A DNA stretch of 64,000 nt from Octopus sinensis. Taxonomy: Eukaryota. Position 1 is the first letter of the stretch. Every line of letters starts with the position of its first letter. Of this stretch, positions 50,217 through 63,304 are shown in pieces. The notes beneath the pieces were generated by a model. That model worked only from the letters and a program-made list of their open reading frames with translations. It did not search any database and was not told the origin of the DNA. Made by a program: the position numbers and the translations under genes. The stretch spans positions 992,001 through 1,056,000 of the forward strand of contig NC_043015.1 of NCBI RefSeq assembly GCF_006345805.1. The letters are read 5' to 3'.

Positions 50217-50417
50217 ACCAATAAATGGTTTACCTGCAACTAAGCCAAAAAAACATCTTACTCTAAAACTCACACATCACGACCGATGATGTAATACATC
50301 TTATAATGGTTTGTTAGCGAGGTAGTATGTCTATTCCAGCATGTCTTAGATATGCGTATTCATTGACTGAAATTATGATCCATATGTTACCGTGACTAAG
50401 TTTTTTTCCGGCCATAG

Positions 50418-50473
50418 TGGTTACTCTCGTGGTTCATTTTGCTGTTACTCTTATTATTGGGTTGGTGTTCCTG
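50418..50473 (+). CDS. Candidate transmembrane-coding exon (VTLVVHFAVTLIIGLVFL)
   Basis: AAGTTTTTTTCCGGCCATAG acceptor and CTG|GTGAGT donor; 56 nt. All frames are open; phase 1-0 was chosen because the next exon continues the helix and adds HRKK. Confidence 0.55.
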
Positions 50474-51983
50474 GTGAGTACGGTAATACTGGTAGTATGA
50501 AACTCCGATTCCGCAAGCAAATGATCAATGGTATGCCAGGCATGAATCGTGTGTCATATTATCAAACGCAATGTAACCTGGAAAGAAGGAAAATAAAACA
50601 GAAAAACTACATCATATATCGAATGAATGTACATACATATTACTATGTACGGATGCATGATTGTATAATGAAGAGACTTTAATAAGGCCATATTTGATAT
50701 AAGGTTAGAAATATATAGGCACTATCAACACTATTCACTTTTTGTTGTTCTAATCTACCTACGTTAAGTCAGAAGCAGCCGAGTGCAGCTTTAGCATTTC
50801 CTCTCTCGAAGAATCACGTGTAGTTTATCCCACTGGATTAATTTTGGAAGGTCTTAAAACAAGCCTAATTTGTCTCGCTAGGTCACAGATCCCTAAAACT
50901 ATTGGCAAAGCTTTGTTTCATGCCGAAAGTCACCCTTTGTTATAAGGGACCACCGTATCTTCTGTGGTGAGGAAAAGATGAGTATTAACGGTTTGTAATC
51001 AAATCATATTGATAACAACGGTGACAGTGTCAAATCTTGTAAGATACCTCAAGTGAAGCAGAGACTTAATTTTAATTACTGAATGATAGGGATCCTCTAC
51101 TTGGTTCTTTTTCAATTAGAAATGTCAGCAAAATGTCATTGGGATAAGAAAGATTTTAAAAGGGAAATGTGACGTGGTTTAGGGAATACCTGCTCACGTT
51201 TCTTACAGCTAGAATGCATTTCTTCGTGTAATGCAATGGTTTTCTGTTTTCAAAGATCATGACGAAGAACGGTAATTCATCAAGTTGCTATGAGAACCTA
51301 TCCATGATGCTGCGTGGTTTTCTTGCTGACTTCGCTTCGTTGTTTTAAAATAAGTGTCAAGCCATGAAATCCAATTCTACTCATTAGACTAAGACATTGG
51401 GCCACAGCGACAGTGGTTACCAACAAGCTGTTAGTTTTACATTCGAGTAGCGTTTTTCTATGTGAATTGCTTTGCAGATCGCTTGAGCTCAGTCTACTTT
51501 GGTGTTGCTGCAGTGTGTCAAATATGTCTCCATGTAGACTGAGGCGCTCCACTCTTTGATTTGCTGTCGCCATTGACACTTCTTGACTTATCATTTCCGA
51601 TGTTACTTACTAGGCAGGAAGTAATTTTGCCTAAAGTTTCTACTACAACTTGCCAATTAGTTCATCGATGGAACCCTGAAAAATTATTCTAATCCGGAAC
51701 GGTGAAGACCAGGAATCAACAGTATCTAAAAGATGGTTTCACATTCTTCAAAGCACTGCAATTCCAAAAGCAGGACCGCACTATCACATACATTTTAAAT
51801 CAATACGGAAGAATAATTTGGTCATTGACCTACTTGAGTATGATCAACCTGTGGTTAAACAACAGCAAATATTGATAGGAATATAATTTATTTCATGAGC
51901 AATATACTGGAGGGAACAATTTCATATTTAAGCAATATAGAGTGGTATAGAACCGATTCAATCGACATCAATATAATTTATAG

Positions 51984-52091
51984 GAAGTGGCTGCTGCATT
52001 TTTTCACAGAAAAAAAAACACAACCGATGCTGCAAGAGTTTCGATTTGTAAACTCACGATCGAATTCAAGCAAACTATTGTTATTAACTGA
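51984..52091 (+). CDS. Candidate last coding exon of gene 1 (EVAAAFFHRKKNTTDAARVSICKLTIEFKQTIVIN*)
   Basis: ATAATTTATAG acceptor; phase 0; basic stop-transfer-like HRKK right after the hydrophobic stretch; TGA 52089-52091; AATAAA at about 52552. Confidence 0.42.
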   Translation, partial: EVAAAFFHRKKNTTDAARVSICKLTIEFKQTIVIN

Positions 52092-52934
52092 CAAATCGAC
52101 TGCAAATCTCGCGTTGTATAGAATTATAGTGATAATGAAAAAATGCATTACTCAAATAAACATGCGTGCGTGTATGTGTTTCTGTGTGTATGTGTCTGTC
52201 AACGTGTGTGAGTATGTCTGTGTGGTATGCGTGTGTATGCGTTCTTACTGTCACGTGACATCTAATGACACTGATCGAGCTGGAACTTCGAAATTACTGT
52301 CAGCCGTTGAAGAAAAAATAAGTACTCTAAGAAAAAAAATTCGGAAATCTTTTAGTTTTATGCCTAGCAATTTTTATAACTTGATATAAACACAAGCATT
52401 AATCACACTCTCATTTTACGCATCTATCTGCATAAACGACACATACACACATAAACACACGCATACATACACACACACAAACACACACATACTGATGTAT
52501 TTCTGATACAAGTAAACGTTTATCCGTCTCTGTGACATGTATGTGAATGAAAATAAAGTAATACGAATATATATTCGTAAACACAGACTATAAAACACAC
52601 ACGCACATATACATACAATTGCTTTTAAATAAGATGATAACCTAAACTACATGGCACCTATTTTGCATAAGGGTTTTGTGAGCCAGTGAGAGTTAAGTGT
52701 CTCAGCTCAGCCAAGCGCAAGGCACAACCGTGACACAGAACCTCGCTTTTTTATTTAACCAGTTTGTCGATCTCGTCCATTTAAATTCAGACAGCAAATA
52801 ATATAAGAATATATATGACATTTCACTACAACTGCCAACTCAGCGATTTGTCAGTAATGGGAGTTATGTTTCATCACATCTACTTACGCCATTTTTACAT
52901 TGTTTCTTTGTAAGAAAATTAAAGTATATCTCGT

Positions 52935-53436
52935 TGCGCATGCGCTTTTCCTATTCTATCATTAGTTCACTTTATTTTGTCAAAATGTCTGCCATTTATC
53001 GATCGTTGTATGAATAATTCTTGGCGTTTCTAAGTATACTATTGAATAATAGTAAAATATATTTTACGCGATAGTTAGAAGTACGTTTATAACGAGTTTC
53101 TAGAGTTTGTCTATGGCACTCTACGACACTTTTCTTTTATTTCTTTTCTTTCTGTAACCTCTCTCACTTCTTCACCATCTCGTGCTCATTGTATTGTGAA
53201 AGTCGTAAAATTCTTATCTGCTCTTCGGTCAGCAGCGGGTGTAATGTTGAGAAATATAGCTAATTTTCCATTTCCGCTGGCGAGCAAGTGACTATCTGGC
53301 TGTAACAAGAAACGTGATTGGTCATAATTGCAAATATAGATTCGTTCAGCTTCGTGGAAGCTGTACGAAGTAAAAAGGTGAAGTAGACTAAATTGAAGAC
53401 GTCATTATAACTGCATTTCCAGCGGAAATCACGTCA
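52935..53436. promoter_or_regulatory. Promoter-like motif cluster
   Basis: NRF1/EWG palindrome TGCGCATGCGC (52935-52945), inverted CCAAT (53317-53321), CRE-like GACGTCA (53398-53404) and CACGTCA (53430-53436), ETS-like CGGAAAT twice in inverted orientation; CpG-enriched relative to the surroundings. Confidence 0.4.
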
Positions 53437-53511
53437 GTTTCTCAAGTGAGTTGATTTTCGAAGAAAGCAATTCCAACGCAAAACGGGGTGAAATGTCCTT
53501 TTCTTCCGTAG

Positions 53512-53540
53512 TCTGTCCATGTTGTCAGTGCAATGTTCAG
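53512..53540 (+). other. Candidate 29-nt exon of a second plus-strand gene, preceded by donor CAA|GTGAGT at 53446 and a 66-nt intron
   Basis: TCCTTTTCTTCCGTAG acceptor and CAG|GTGACA donor; contains two ATGs. Confidence 0.3.
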
Positions 53541-53689
53541 GTGACACAGTGTGTTCAATTGGCCACAATGGGGAACAATTTTCACGAACAATTGAATCGT
53601 TTGCAAAGCAACATAGAATTAGCATAAACGTCTCTATGCACTAGATTATATGCATAAAAAAATAAAATAAACGCTTTCAAAATAATAAT

Positions 53690-53696
53690 AATAATG

Positions 53697-53741
<45 letters not shown>

Positions 53742-53809
53742 TAATAATAATATTAATAATAATAATAATAATAACAATGATAATGATAATAGTAATCATA
53801 ATAATGATA

Positions 53810-53861
<52 letters not shown>

Positions 53862-53876
53862 TAATAATAATAATAA
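53690..53876. repeat. (AAT)n microsatellite
   Basis: Direct reading. Confidence 0.95.
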
Positions 53877-55514
53877 CGAAAACACGAAATGGTAACGAAA
53901 CAAGAAAAATATTAAGTTAAATGCTAAGAAAGATACACCCAGAGACAGCTTGTCACACTACTTTCAGTGACAAATATATTTGCCCTCAGCTCTTGTGTCT
54001 GTAACTGCAAACGTTGTCCAAATCTTGGCTAGAATTTTTCTGTTCGATGATAAGTAGAATATGTGCGGTATATCCTTGGCAAATGTGGTTTGCTTCCGTT
54101 AAAGCTACTTGGCAATAATAAGGATATGAAAAATAAAATGTAAAAATGTTTTCATGTTTAAGTGTAAAATAATAAAGAATGAAATGTATGATAATATTTT
54201 TGAAAAATTTACGCTAAAATGTAACTAAAAATTACCACCAAAATGTCCTAATATTTTTTTATTACATATATGTTTTTAATATTTTTTTTTCATTTTTCAT
54301 TATCTTTGAAAGCGAATTATGAATAGAAAATAGACTCCACTTTAGACTACGTGAGGCGCTAGAGTAATATCTAATAATTTGCAATTAGCTAAATTTATAA
54401 AGAGAATTTTAAAAGATGGGTTAGATGCAATTTCCTGAATCAAGGCAACAGCTAATATCAGTGAAAGTGAAGAGAACCAACTATCTTTACAACAACAACA
54501 GCAATAACACATTTAAAAAAATTCAGTGTAAAGCAACCAATTTTGAGGGGATGGGCAAGTCGATTTCATAGACTGCAGAACTTCTCTGGTATTTATATTA
54601 TCAATAAGTTGTGAGTGAATTTAGTTGAGGGAAACTGTATCAAAGCCCGTAGAACGTATGTGTGCATTTGTGTGCGTGTTTGTATGTGTTGCATGTGTGT
54701 GTATGTTGTTTGTGTGTGTGTGTGTGTGTGAGTGTGTGTGTGTGTATGTGTGCTTGTTTTCACTTGTTTGTATTTGTGTTTCCCTCCCTTCACTGTTTGA
54801 TAACTATTTCCTGATTTGTTCGACGTCTTGCTAGCTTTTCGTCAAAATATACACATAAAAATAAGTACCAACCTCTGAAATGTATATATAATTACTGAGG
54901 TGTTATTTGCTCTACCCAAAACAAAAAAAAACCTTGAAAGTGATGCTCCAGCATGTCCGCAACCCAGTGACTGAAACATCTCAAAGATCACTGTTATCAG
55001 TAATACCAAATGCACAACAGTTAAGATGTGGCTAATTATGAGAAAGGGACAGCACACTTAATTGTGACACTGTTGCATGTATTTACTCTTCCACTTGTTT
55101 CGGTCATTTCACTGTGGCCATGCTGGAGCAGATCCTTTTGTCGAACAAATGGAATTCAGAACTTATTCATTGTAACATTATTTACGCTTGACGGATATTT
55201 GTCACCTTCTTTGTTGTTAACATAACGTTTCGGCTTGTATACCCTCCAGCCTTCATAAGATGTCTTGAGAAATTTTGAACCTGGGTTCTCCTCCTATTTT
55301 ACGATGTTAATATTATTATTATTCAGGTCATTCGGAAACTTGAAGTTAGTAGCCCGCGCTCTTAACCACTACACCATATTGCCCGTGGGCAATTATGGAG
55401 TGAATTTTAGAGTTTCTATATCTAATATTTTCCTATCCTTCCTTAATACCGGTTCCCATATGCTACTCATATCTGCACTTGGTCTGCTTAGGAGGTTGTT
55501 GTGTGCGAACATGT

Positions 55515-55780
55515 GCCTAGTACTTATTCTATCTGTCTCCGTTGCCGAACCACTACGTTTCGGGTGACACAAACACACCAACATCGGTTGTCAAGCGATT
55601 GTGGGGCGACAAATACAGACGCAAAGACACACATGCGTACATATATATATATATATATATATACGACGGGCTTCTTTCAGTTTCCGTCTACGAAATCCAC
55701 TCACAAGGCTTTGGTCGGCCTGAGGCTATAGTAGAGGTCACTTGCCCAATGTGATTGGGAAGCAAGCTTCTTACGACTCA
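55515..55780 (-). mobile_element. SINE family B, partial
   Basis: CTAGTACTTATTCTATC..., internal (TA)n, TACGACGGGCTTCTTTCAGTTTCCGTCTAC..CACAAGGCTTTGGTCGGCC. Confidence 0.8.
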
Positions 55781-55995
55781 GAAGGTTAAGTTGATTACAT
55801 GGGTCCCAGTGTTTAGCTGGTACTTATTCTATCAACGCGGCAAGTATAAGACAAAGTTGACCTCGGCGCTCTTTGAGCTAAAAACGGAAATAGGAACCAA
55901 ATACTGCCAAGCATTTTTCACGACCTGCTAACAACTCGCCATCTTTCATTCACTGTTGCATATATCAGCTTAAAATGCGACGCATAATCCAACAG

Positions 55996-56022
55996 AGTAA
56001 ATTAAAAGTCGGAGTTTATAAG
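55996..56022 (+). CDS. Candidate 27/25-nt microexon (SKLKVGVYK)
   Basis: TCCAACAG|AG|TAAA tandem acceptors and strong donor AAG|GTAAGC. Confidence 0.25.
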
Positions 56023-56766
56023 GTAAGCAATGTTATCCTGAGATCTAAACCTACGGCATTTAGTTCTATTTTCCATCACTGAGCGAAAGGGACACTCAGT
56101 TACATTAAATGTCCGATAGAATCCAATACTTCGCTATACATTATATTTGAAAAAACATCAACATGATGCGAATGTAAAGAATTCAGTATTTTGTCAAAAA
56201 TTTTGTTTTTAACTTAATTTGTTTATATAAACAGTAAGAAATAAATATAATTTATATTTTATTTCATAATAAACGCTGTACCTGTTTCATTTCTCGTTTT
56301 CATTCTACCAAAATAAAGTTGTTCATTCAATCTCTACATTTTCATATTGTGGTTTCTTTCCTTCTTGTTTTCGTCTTACCGCATAAATATCTTGAGTTTT
56401 ACCAGAAAACAAATTTTGATATATAATATGTTTCCAATGCATGCGAATATTTCCTCCCCTCATTTTGCTTTCGCATTGTTACTAAGAAATCGTTCAATAT
56501 TTTTACATACATGACAGAGCAATTGAAGTTTCTTTAACTAAGCGTACATTTCCAAGGAGAGATACAAGTTTAACCGACCGTATCATGTTAAACTAAACAA
56601 CTAGAAATAATTTCTCAACATTGTTCTTCCTTCGAATATTACGATACAATTTCTTTATGTGCAACAGTCTTCGATTTTCTAACATTCACAACCAACTGAA
56701 ACGAATGGGAACATTTACATGTATTTAGATGTATGCATCGATGGTTGTACGTATCTGGATATATAT

Positions 56767-56846
<80 letters not shown>

Positions 56847-57252
56847 GTCATACATACTTACGCACACATATACTAGCACGTATGTGTGCGTATTTACATT
56901 ACATGTAAACATGTGTACATACAAACAAACATACGTAGATACATAGATATATATATATTCATGTGCGTATGCATGTATACATGTAATGTAAATAGGCATA
57001 TATAGATATAAGAATCACTGTTTATATTATCACTGTACCTATCCAAGCATACAGAGTTCGGAATCTTATAGATTTTACTGAATTCACACAAAAACTGAGC
57101 AAAAACACGACAAAATAATACAAACATTTCTAATAGGGTGTAGTTTGTGTTGCTGTATATTGTATTTGTGTACTTTCATTATAAACACACACGCATAAAT
57201 TCTCTCTCTCTCTTTCTATCTCAAACTCTCTCCCTCTCTCTCTCTCTATATA

Positions 57253-57325
<73 letters not shown>

Positions 57326-57481
57326 ATTTATGAGCGTATATCTATATACCTATCTATTTATTTCTCATTATATATATATATATATATATATATACGCATA
57401 TTTATATATAAATATACATATTTATGTACGTCTATCTATCTATTTATCTGTTTCTCATTATATATATATATATATACACAG

Positions 57482-57515
<34 letters not shown>

Positions 57516-57949
57516 ATTCGCATATGATTTTATATTCGATATCCAGCATATGAGAATATAAGATGCCAAAGACTGCCATGTTATAAATAAACTACGGAAT
57601 ATTTTCTATGCTAAATAAATATCTCCTATTATGATCGTATTTTCATATTCCAATGAACATATTACACATATATTAATGTCAACATATTTGCAAGTATGTT
57701 CTCATCGCTGCTTTTATTCCCACAACGATAATGTTTTGTTTTTAACTCAGAATATGCTTTCAGTTTCTTAGCAGGAGAGGTATACTTGATTAAATAGCAT
57801 GGGGTAGAATATCTATCCACCTATCCATCTATCTATATATCTATCTATCTATCTATCTATCTATCTGTCTATCTATCTATATATTTATATATATTTCTAT
57901 CTCTCTATCTCTCTATCTCTCTATCTGTCTTTCTATCTATCTATCTACA

Positions 57950-58026
<77 letters not shown>

Positions 58027-58045
58027 GTCTATCTTTCTATCTATC

Positions 58046-58076
<31 letters not shown>

Positions 58077-58160
58077 CTAACCATCTGTATGTATGTCTGT
58101 CTATCTGTCTGTTCATCTCTCTCTATCGACGCCTCTGTCTCTCTCGCTCTCTCTTTCTCC

Positions 58161-58215
<55 letters not shown>

Positions 58216-58312
58216 CACGCATGCATGCTCACACACACATATATATATATAGATATACATATATATTTCTATGTATGCACACACACACATACACATATAT
58301 ATATAAGCATGC

Positions 58313-58353
<41 letters not shown>

Positions 58354-58356
<3 letters not shown>

Positions 58357-58571
58357 CTTTACTGCCCACAAGGGGCTAAACGTAGAGGGGACAAACAAGG
58401 ACAGACAAACGGATTAAGTCGATTTCATCGACCCCAGTGCGTAACTGGTACTTAAATTTATCGACCCGAAAGGATGAAAAGCAAAGTCGACCTCGGCGGA
58501 ATTTGAACTCAGAACGTAACGGCAGACGAAATACGGCTACGCACTTCGCCCGGCGTGCTAACGTTTCTGCC
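58354..58571 (-). mobile_element. SINE family A, near full length, young
   Basis: High identity to the other intact family A copies (e.g. 62316-62540, reverse-complemented); flanked by (TA)n. Confidence 0.9.
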
Positions 58572-58580
58572 ATATATATA

Positions 58581-58626
<46 letters not shown>

Positions 58627-59007
58627 CGTGTGTGTGTGTGTGTGTTTGTGTATACGTATGTATTTGTGTATTCTGCATTTGTGTATTCTGTTTTTCACAT
58701 ATATTTTTTATTTTATCTTATTACTTTAAAATTTGCATTCTTTTAACCACAACTCTTTAGGGATATTGCAAATGCCTTGCAAACAAGCCTGAAAATTTTT
58801 GTAGCCCTTGAACGATCTAATGCCCGGGGGATTAAGACGGTGTTTGTAATCGATGGTCCCACGCACTCTAGATTTGTACAACGTTCATCGAATTGTTATA
58901 CAGACACTTAAAGTCCTGTATATAAGTCTCCTTACATGTATTAGCAATCAAATACAACCTTCTATTGCCAAAGATATTTAGATATGTATGTATATAAATG
59001 TTTGTTC

Positions 59008-59042
<35 letters not shown>

Positions 59043-59390
59043 TGTCGGTAGGTAGTTAGGCAGGTAGATAGGTAGGAAGGTAGGTAGGTAGGTAGGTAAG
59101 TATGTATGTATGTATGTATGTATGTATGCATGTAGGTATGTATGTATGTAGGTAGGTAGGTAAGTAGGTATGCATGTACGTAGGTATGTATGTATGTATG
59201 TGTATATGTATGTATGCAGGTATGTAGGTAGATAGGTAGGTAGATAGGTATGTATTTATGTATGTAGGTAGGTAAGTTGGTAGATAGGTAGATAGATAGG
59301 TAAGTAGGTAGATAAGTATGTATGTATGTAGGTAGGTATGTATGTAGGTATGTAGGTAGGTAGGTAGGTACGGAGGTAGGTAGGTAGGTA

Positions 59391-59657
59391 GACGAAATAG
59401 CGCTAAGTATTTCGCCTGGCGTGCTAATGTTTCTTATTTCTCTATTGCCCACAAGGAGCTAAACATAGAGGTGACAAAAAAGAACAGACAATGGGATTAA
59501 ATCGATTACATCGACCCCAGTGCGTAACTGATACTTATTTTATCGATGAAAGGCAGAGTCGACCTCGGCGGAATTTGAACTAAGAACGTAACGGCAGACG
59601 AAATACCGCTAAGCATTTCGCCCAGCGTGCAAACGTTTCTGCCAGCAGCCGCCTTGA
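59391..59657 (-). mobile_element. SINE family A dimer (full copy joined to a second head)
   Basis: Junction GCTAATGTTTCT|TATTTCTCTATTGCCC at about 59433, the same as in the 35 kb trimer. Confidence 0.85.
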
Positions 59658-60334
59658 GATACGTAGTTAATATTATTTTGGAGGTGTGCCTGACAAGCAA
59701 TTGTTTTCATCTAAGAATACTGGTGGAAACTGAAGCATTTAAAGCGTAACAGATTCACCTTAGTTACCCAGAGCATGTAAAGACTGTTCACATTCCTTGA
59801 AGATTTATTAGTTGGCGTCTGAATTTTTCTAGTACCTGATCCAAAGAGGTTAGTGAGAACGCTATTTAATATTTCAATGAGCATCATCAGTGCCAAATCG
59901 CAGTTGATGCGACAAAAATTTAGTCATCAAACAGTAAATGTTTAAATGAAGATAACTGTCTTTGTGTGTTTTCGGATGGCTAATATATTTCTTCCACTCT
60001 GTAAACGTTTTATTACGTTATAACTCTTGAAAATGTTAATGACATTTATTTCTTAATGTGATAAACGAAATTCTATAAATTTCTACGTATAAAAAATCAG
60101 ATGCGTCGACATAAAATAGAAATCATTATTCTGAGTTACAAGGAAATCTGATCGCTTGTATTGCTATAAATTTGGTTAACGGAGATGGACCTGAAGATTC
60201 TGTAAAATATATCGGTTTCGAATTTGGAAAGAAAAGTAATTAAAGCATTCTTTTCTACCCTAGGCACAAGGCCTGGAATTTTTGGGCAGGATGCCAGTCG
60301 ATTAGGTCGACTCCAAAACGCAACTGGTACTTAA

Positions 60335-61330
60335 GCACTCTTTGTGTTTAATTTCAAGATGGTGGCCCACAATGAAATCAGGTCAGCTATGGCTTTGACT
60401 ATTCTCACTGGGACTTTAGCAAGTTTAAGGGCTTCCAGCATCCATGAGTGGGGAACAGAATTGTAGTCTAGCCACATTGAAACTAGATTCCTCCTATGCT
60501 CTCATACCTCTGACATCACAGTTTTGTTGACAAACAATTGCTCGCCGTACCCCCAGACCCACTTCTTCCCAGCTGCTTGTTCTGCTGTGATAATGTTATT
60601 GGTTTCACAATGGTCCTGAAGGAAGAGGTTTAAATATGCTATATATATTTCATATCTTATCTTCTGTCAGGCAAGTTTTTTGCCAGGTGGGTGGTTCTAC
60701 ATTTAGGGATCAATTTAGGGACAGTAGTCAATTACTTGAGCCAGCAATGTAGTTTGGTTGGCAGGCACTATAGAATCAGTTGGAATGTCGCTAGATGCGG
60801 AACGACGTGGTGGTTTTATATCATTCACATTTTCGTTTTTGTTTATAGAGTTGGGAAGCAGGTTAATTTTCGATTTCTGAATAAAGTTACCGTTACTAAC
60901 CTTCCTTCTATGTTCTACAAATTTTGCTTTTTGGCGTAGATGCTTCGCAGTAAAATGATTTAATTCTGGCTGAAGATCGCCCCAGTATGATTTCAATCGA
61001 TTCACATAACCAACAGTGGGGTTTCGTTTCACTTTTTCGTAGCAGTTGAATAGATCATTATTCAATTCATAACTACAAGAGAAATGAGTTTTGCAGTTAC
61101 GATTTCTTCAATAACTACAGCTAGAATGAATTTGTTTACCTGTTAAGCTATTGTTTTCGTCCTGTTCCTCGATTGTGTCGTTGAAGTGTCCAGCCATTTT
61201 GTTTGTAGTAACTCTCTGCATGCTAAATTCAAGTTTCAGTCGAAAATCATTAGGATCGTGAATAAAAGATTGCCTCAGTTAATTTATCTGAAGATTAACT
61301 AGTTATTTAACAAGGCTGATAGTTGTAGCA
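60335..61330 (-). mobile_element. Internally deleted R4/Dong-like (RLE-type) non-LTR retrotransposon
   Basis: From ATG 61221: MQRVTTNKMAG..SY*RNRN..NNDLFNCYEKVKRNPTVGYVNRLKSYWGDLQPELNHFTAKHLRQKAK (typical R4/Dong N-terminus). It joins near 60710 to RT motifs FLQDHCETNNIITAEQAAGKK..EQLFVNK..RRNLVSMWLDY(..)SVPHSWMLEALKLAKVP. The clade call is from motif recall. Confidence 0.75.
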
Positions 61331-62180
61331 CCAAAATTGCAGATAATATTCATCGTATTTTCAATAAATAGTCTCCCACGTCAAATACGCGACATGCCGC
61401 TTCGAATGATTTTATGCATGTATGTATGTATGTATGTATGTATGTATGTATGTATGTATGTATGTATGTATGTATGTATGTGTATGCATGTATGTATGTA
61501 TGATTTATCTTTGAGCTTAATTTAAATTCGTCTCGAGTGAGTTCAAGACAGTCCCTTACGAAAGGACAAAACACTTTCGGTAAGAATGTTCCCAGCTTTG
61601 TAAATATATCATAGAGTGAGTATATTTTCGTTCTGTTTTTTCGACTGTGTTGTTGATTCATGCATCCAAGTGTTTGCAGCTATTCACATAAGAATCTCAA
61701 CGAGAGAATTGTTGGAATGTCTGAGCAAAAAACAGATTGGATTTGGAGGATCTGTGTCATTTACTTTCCTCTTTCTCCGGGAAACCGAGGTTTCCGAGCA
61801 AACACGCTGGTACATGACGTAATACACCAATGACGAGAGGAACAAATTAAAATTCATGGACAGTGTAGAAGTGATATTTCTCTATGTGTGTGTTTGTGTG
61901 AATGTGTGTGCGTGTGTCTGTGTGTGTCAGTGTGTACCATGCAAGCTATCTGGGATATGCAGAAAAAGTTAAAGTTAGTGAACAACAACTGCCGATATGA
62001 ATGGGCCGTGACAGTACAAACTCTGACATCGTAAGAGCGTAACACATTAAATTAGGTGAAGCTTTTCAGTTAGACACGGTCTGGGTTACTTTTTGTCCGA
62101 AGCACACTTAAGCTTATACACTCACACATGCCCACTCGCTCACCTACATACATACACACGCATACATATATACATACATA

Positions 62181-62235
<55 letters not shown>

Positions 62236-62315
62236 ATAACGCATATATATACATATATGTGTGTGTATGTATATATATCTATGTATGTATATGTATATAT
62301 ATAATATATATATAA

Positions 62316-62540
62316 GGCGGCGAGCTGGCAGAAACGTTAGCGCGCCGGGCGAAATGCTTAGGGGTATTTTGTCAGTCGTTACGTTCTGAGTTCAAATTCC
62401 GCCGAGGTCGACTTTGCCTTTCATCCTTTCGGGGTCGTTAAATAAAGTTCCAGCTTCGCACTGGGGTCGATGTAATCGACTTAATCAGTTTGTCTGTCCT
62501 TGTTTGTCCCCTCTATGTTTATCCCTTTGTGGGCAATAAA
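62316..62540 (+). mobile_element. SINE family A, full length, young
   Basis: GGCGGCGAGCTGGCAGAAACGTTAG (A box), GAGTTCAAATTCC (B box), core GTCGACTTTGCCTTTCATCCTTTCGGGGTCG (Meta-domain-like by recall), and tail; (TA)n on both sides. Confidence 0.92.
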
Positions 62541-62553
62541 TATATATATATAT

Positions 62554-62596
<43 letters not shown>

Positions 62597-63304
62597 TACA
62601 TGTATATATATGTATATATATGTATATATATATATATATAATTCCTTTTTTATGAGTTTATTCTATTATCTCCGAAATTAAATATATAACACAAGATAAA
62701 TTTCAGTTCAAAATCAGGGCAATTGCTCCTCTTTACACCTCATCAACTTTAAACTTTCAATATACATTCCTTAACTCCTCACCTGAAAAATCTTTCAAAG
62801 TCAGGCAACCTGTGTGGGCTATGGAAAGTAGTGTTAAGACACTACGACTATCAATGTGGGAAAAACAGTTGGTCATTATTGCAGGTAGTTTTGAATGTGG
62901 GAGAGACGAGAAGAGACACTGAAGCTACAATGAATGACTTTAACGTAACTCAACAAAAGGCTAAGATCTTAAGCATTGAAATCTTAAATAGAATCCTCCA
63001 ACAATAAAGAGACTTATTGACAACAGAATCAAACACATTGTATGTTCGTTCGAATTATCCCACACAGAAGCACACACATTTAACTCCATACACACCAATC
63101 CACACAAACGCATACAGACTACTAGAAGCGGGCACACACACATCCATATATACGTATGCATGAAATACATGAAATACATATATAAATATATATATATATA
63201 TATATACATGTATTATATACAAATTCGTACATATGTGTATACATGTATATATATATATTTAAATGTATACACACATGCATTTATATATATATATATGTGT
63301 ATAT

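Noticed and set aside
38846-50473. Family assignments for gene 1 (KCTD BTB-like LLKEVEYY, ABC Walker-A lead-in TINRGESWTFTG, ABCG TM1-like IIGLVFL)
   Set aside because: These are short resemblances only; the surrounding motifs and spacing required by those families are absent, so no product name is given.
51298-51594. Minus-strand 98-aa ORF with ordinary composition
   Set aside because: It starts at TTG/ATG-equivalent without support, has no convincing splice or homology evidence, and is not unusually long for chance; it lies inside the predicted last intron of gene 1.
59711-59896. Possible LTR-retrotransposon gag fragment (IFKECEQSLHALGN in one minus frame)
   Set aside because: It is too short and stop-ridden to support a call without a profile search.
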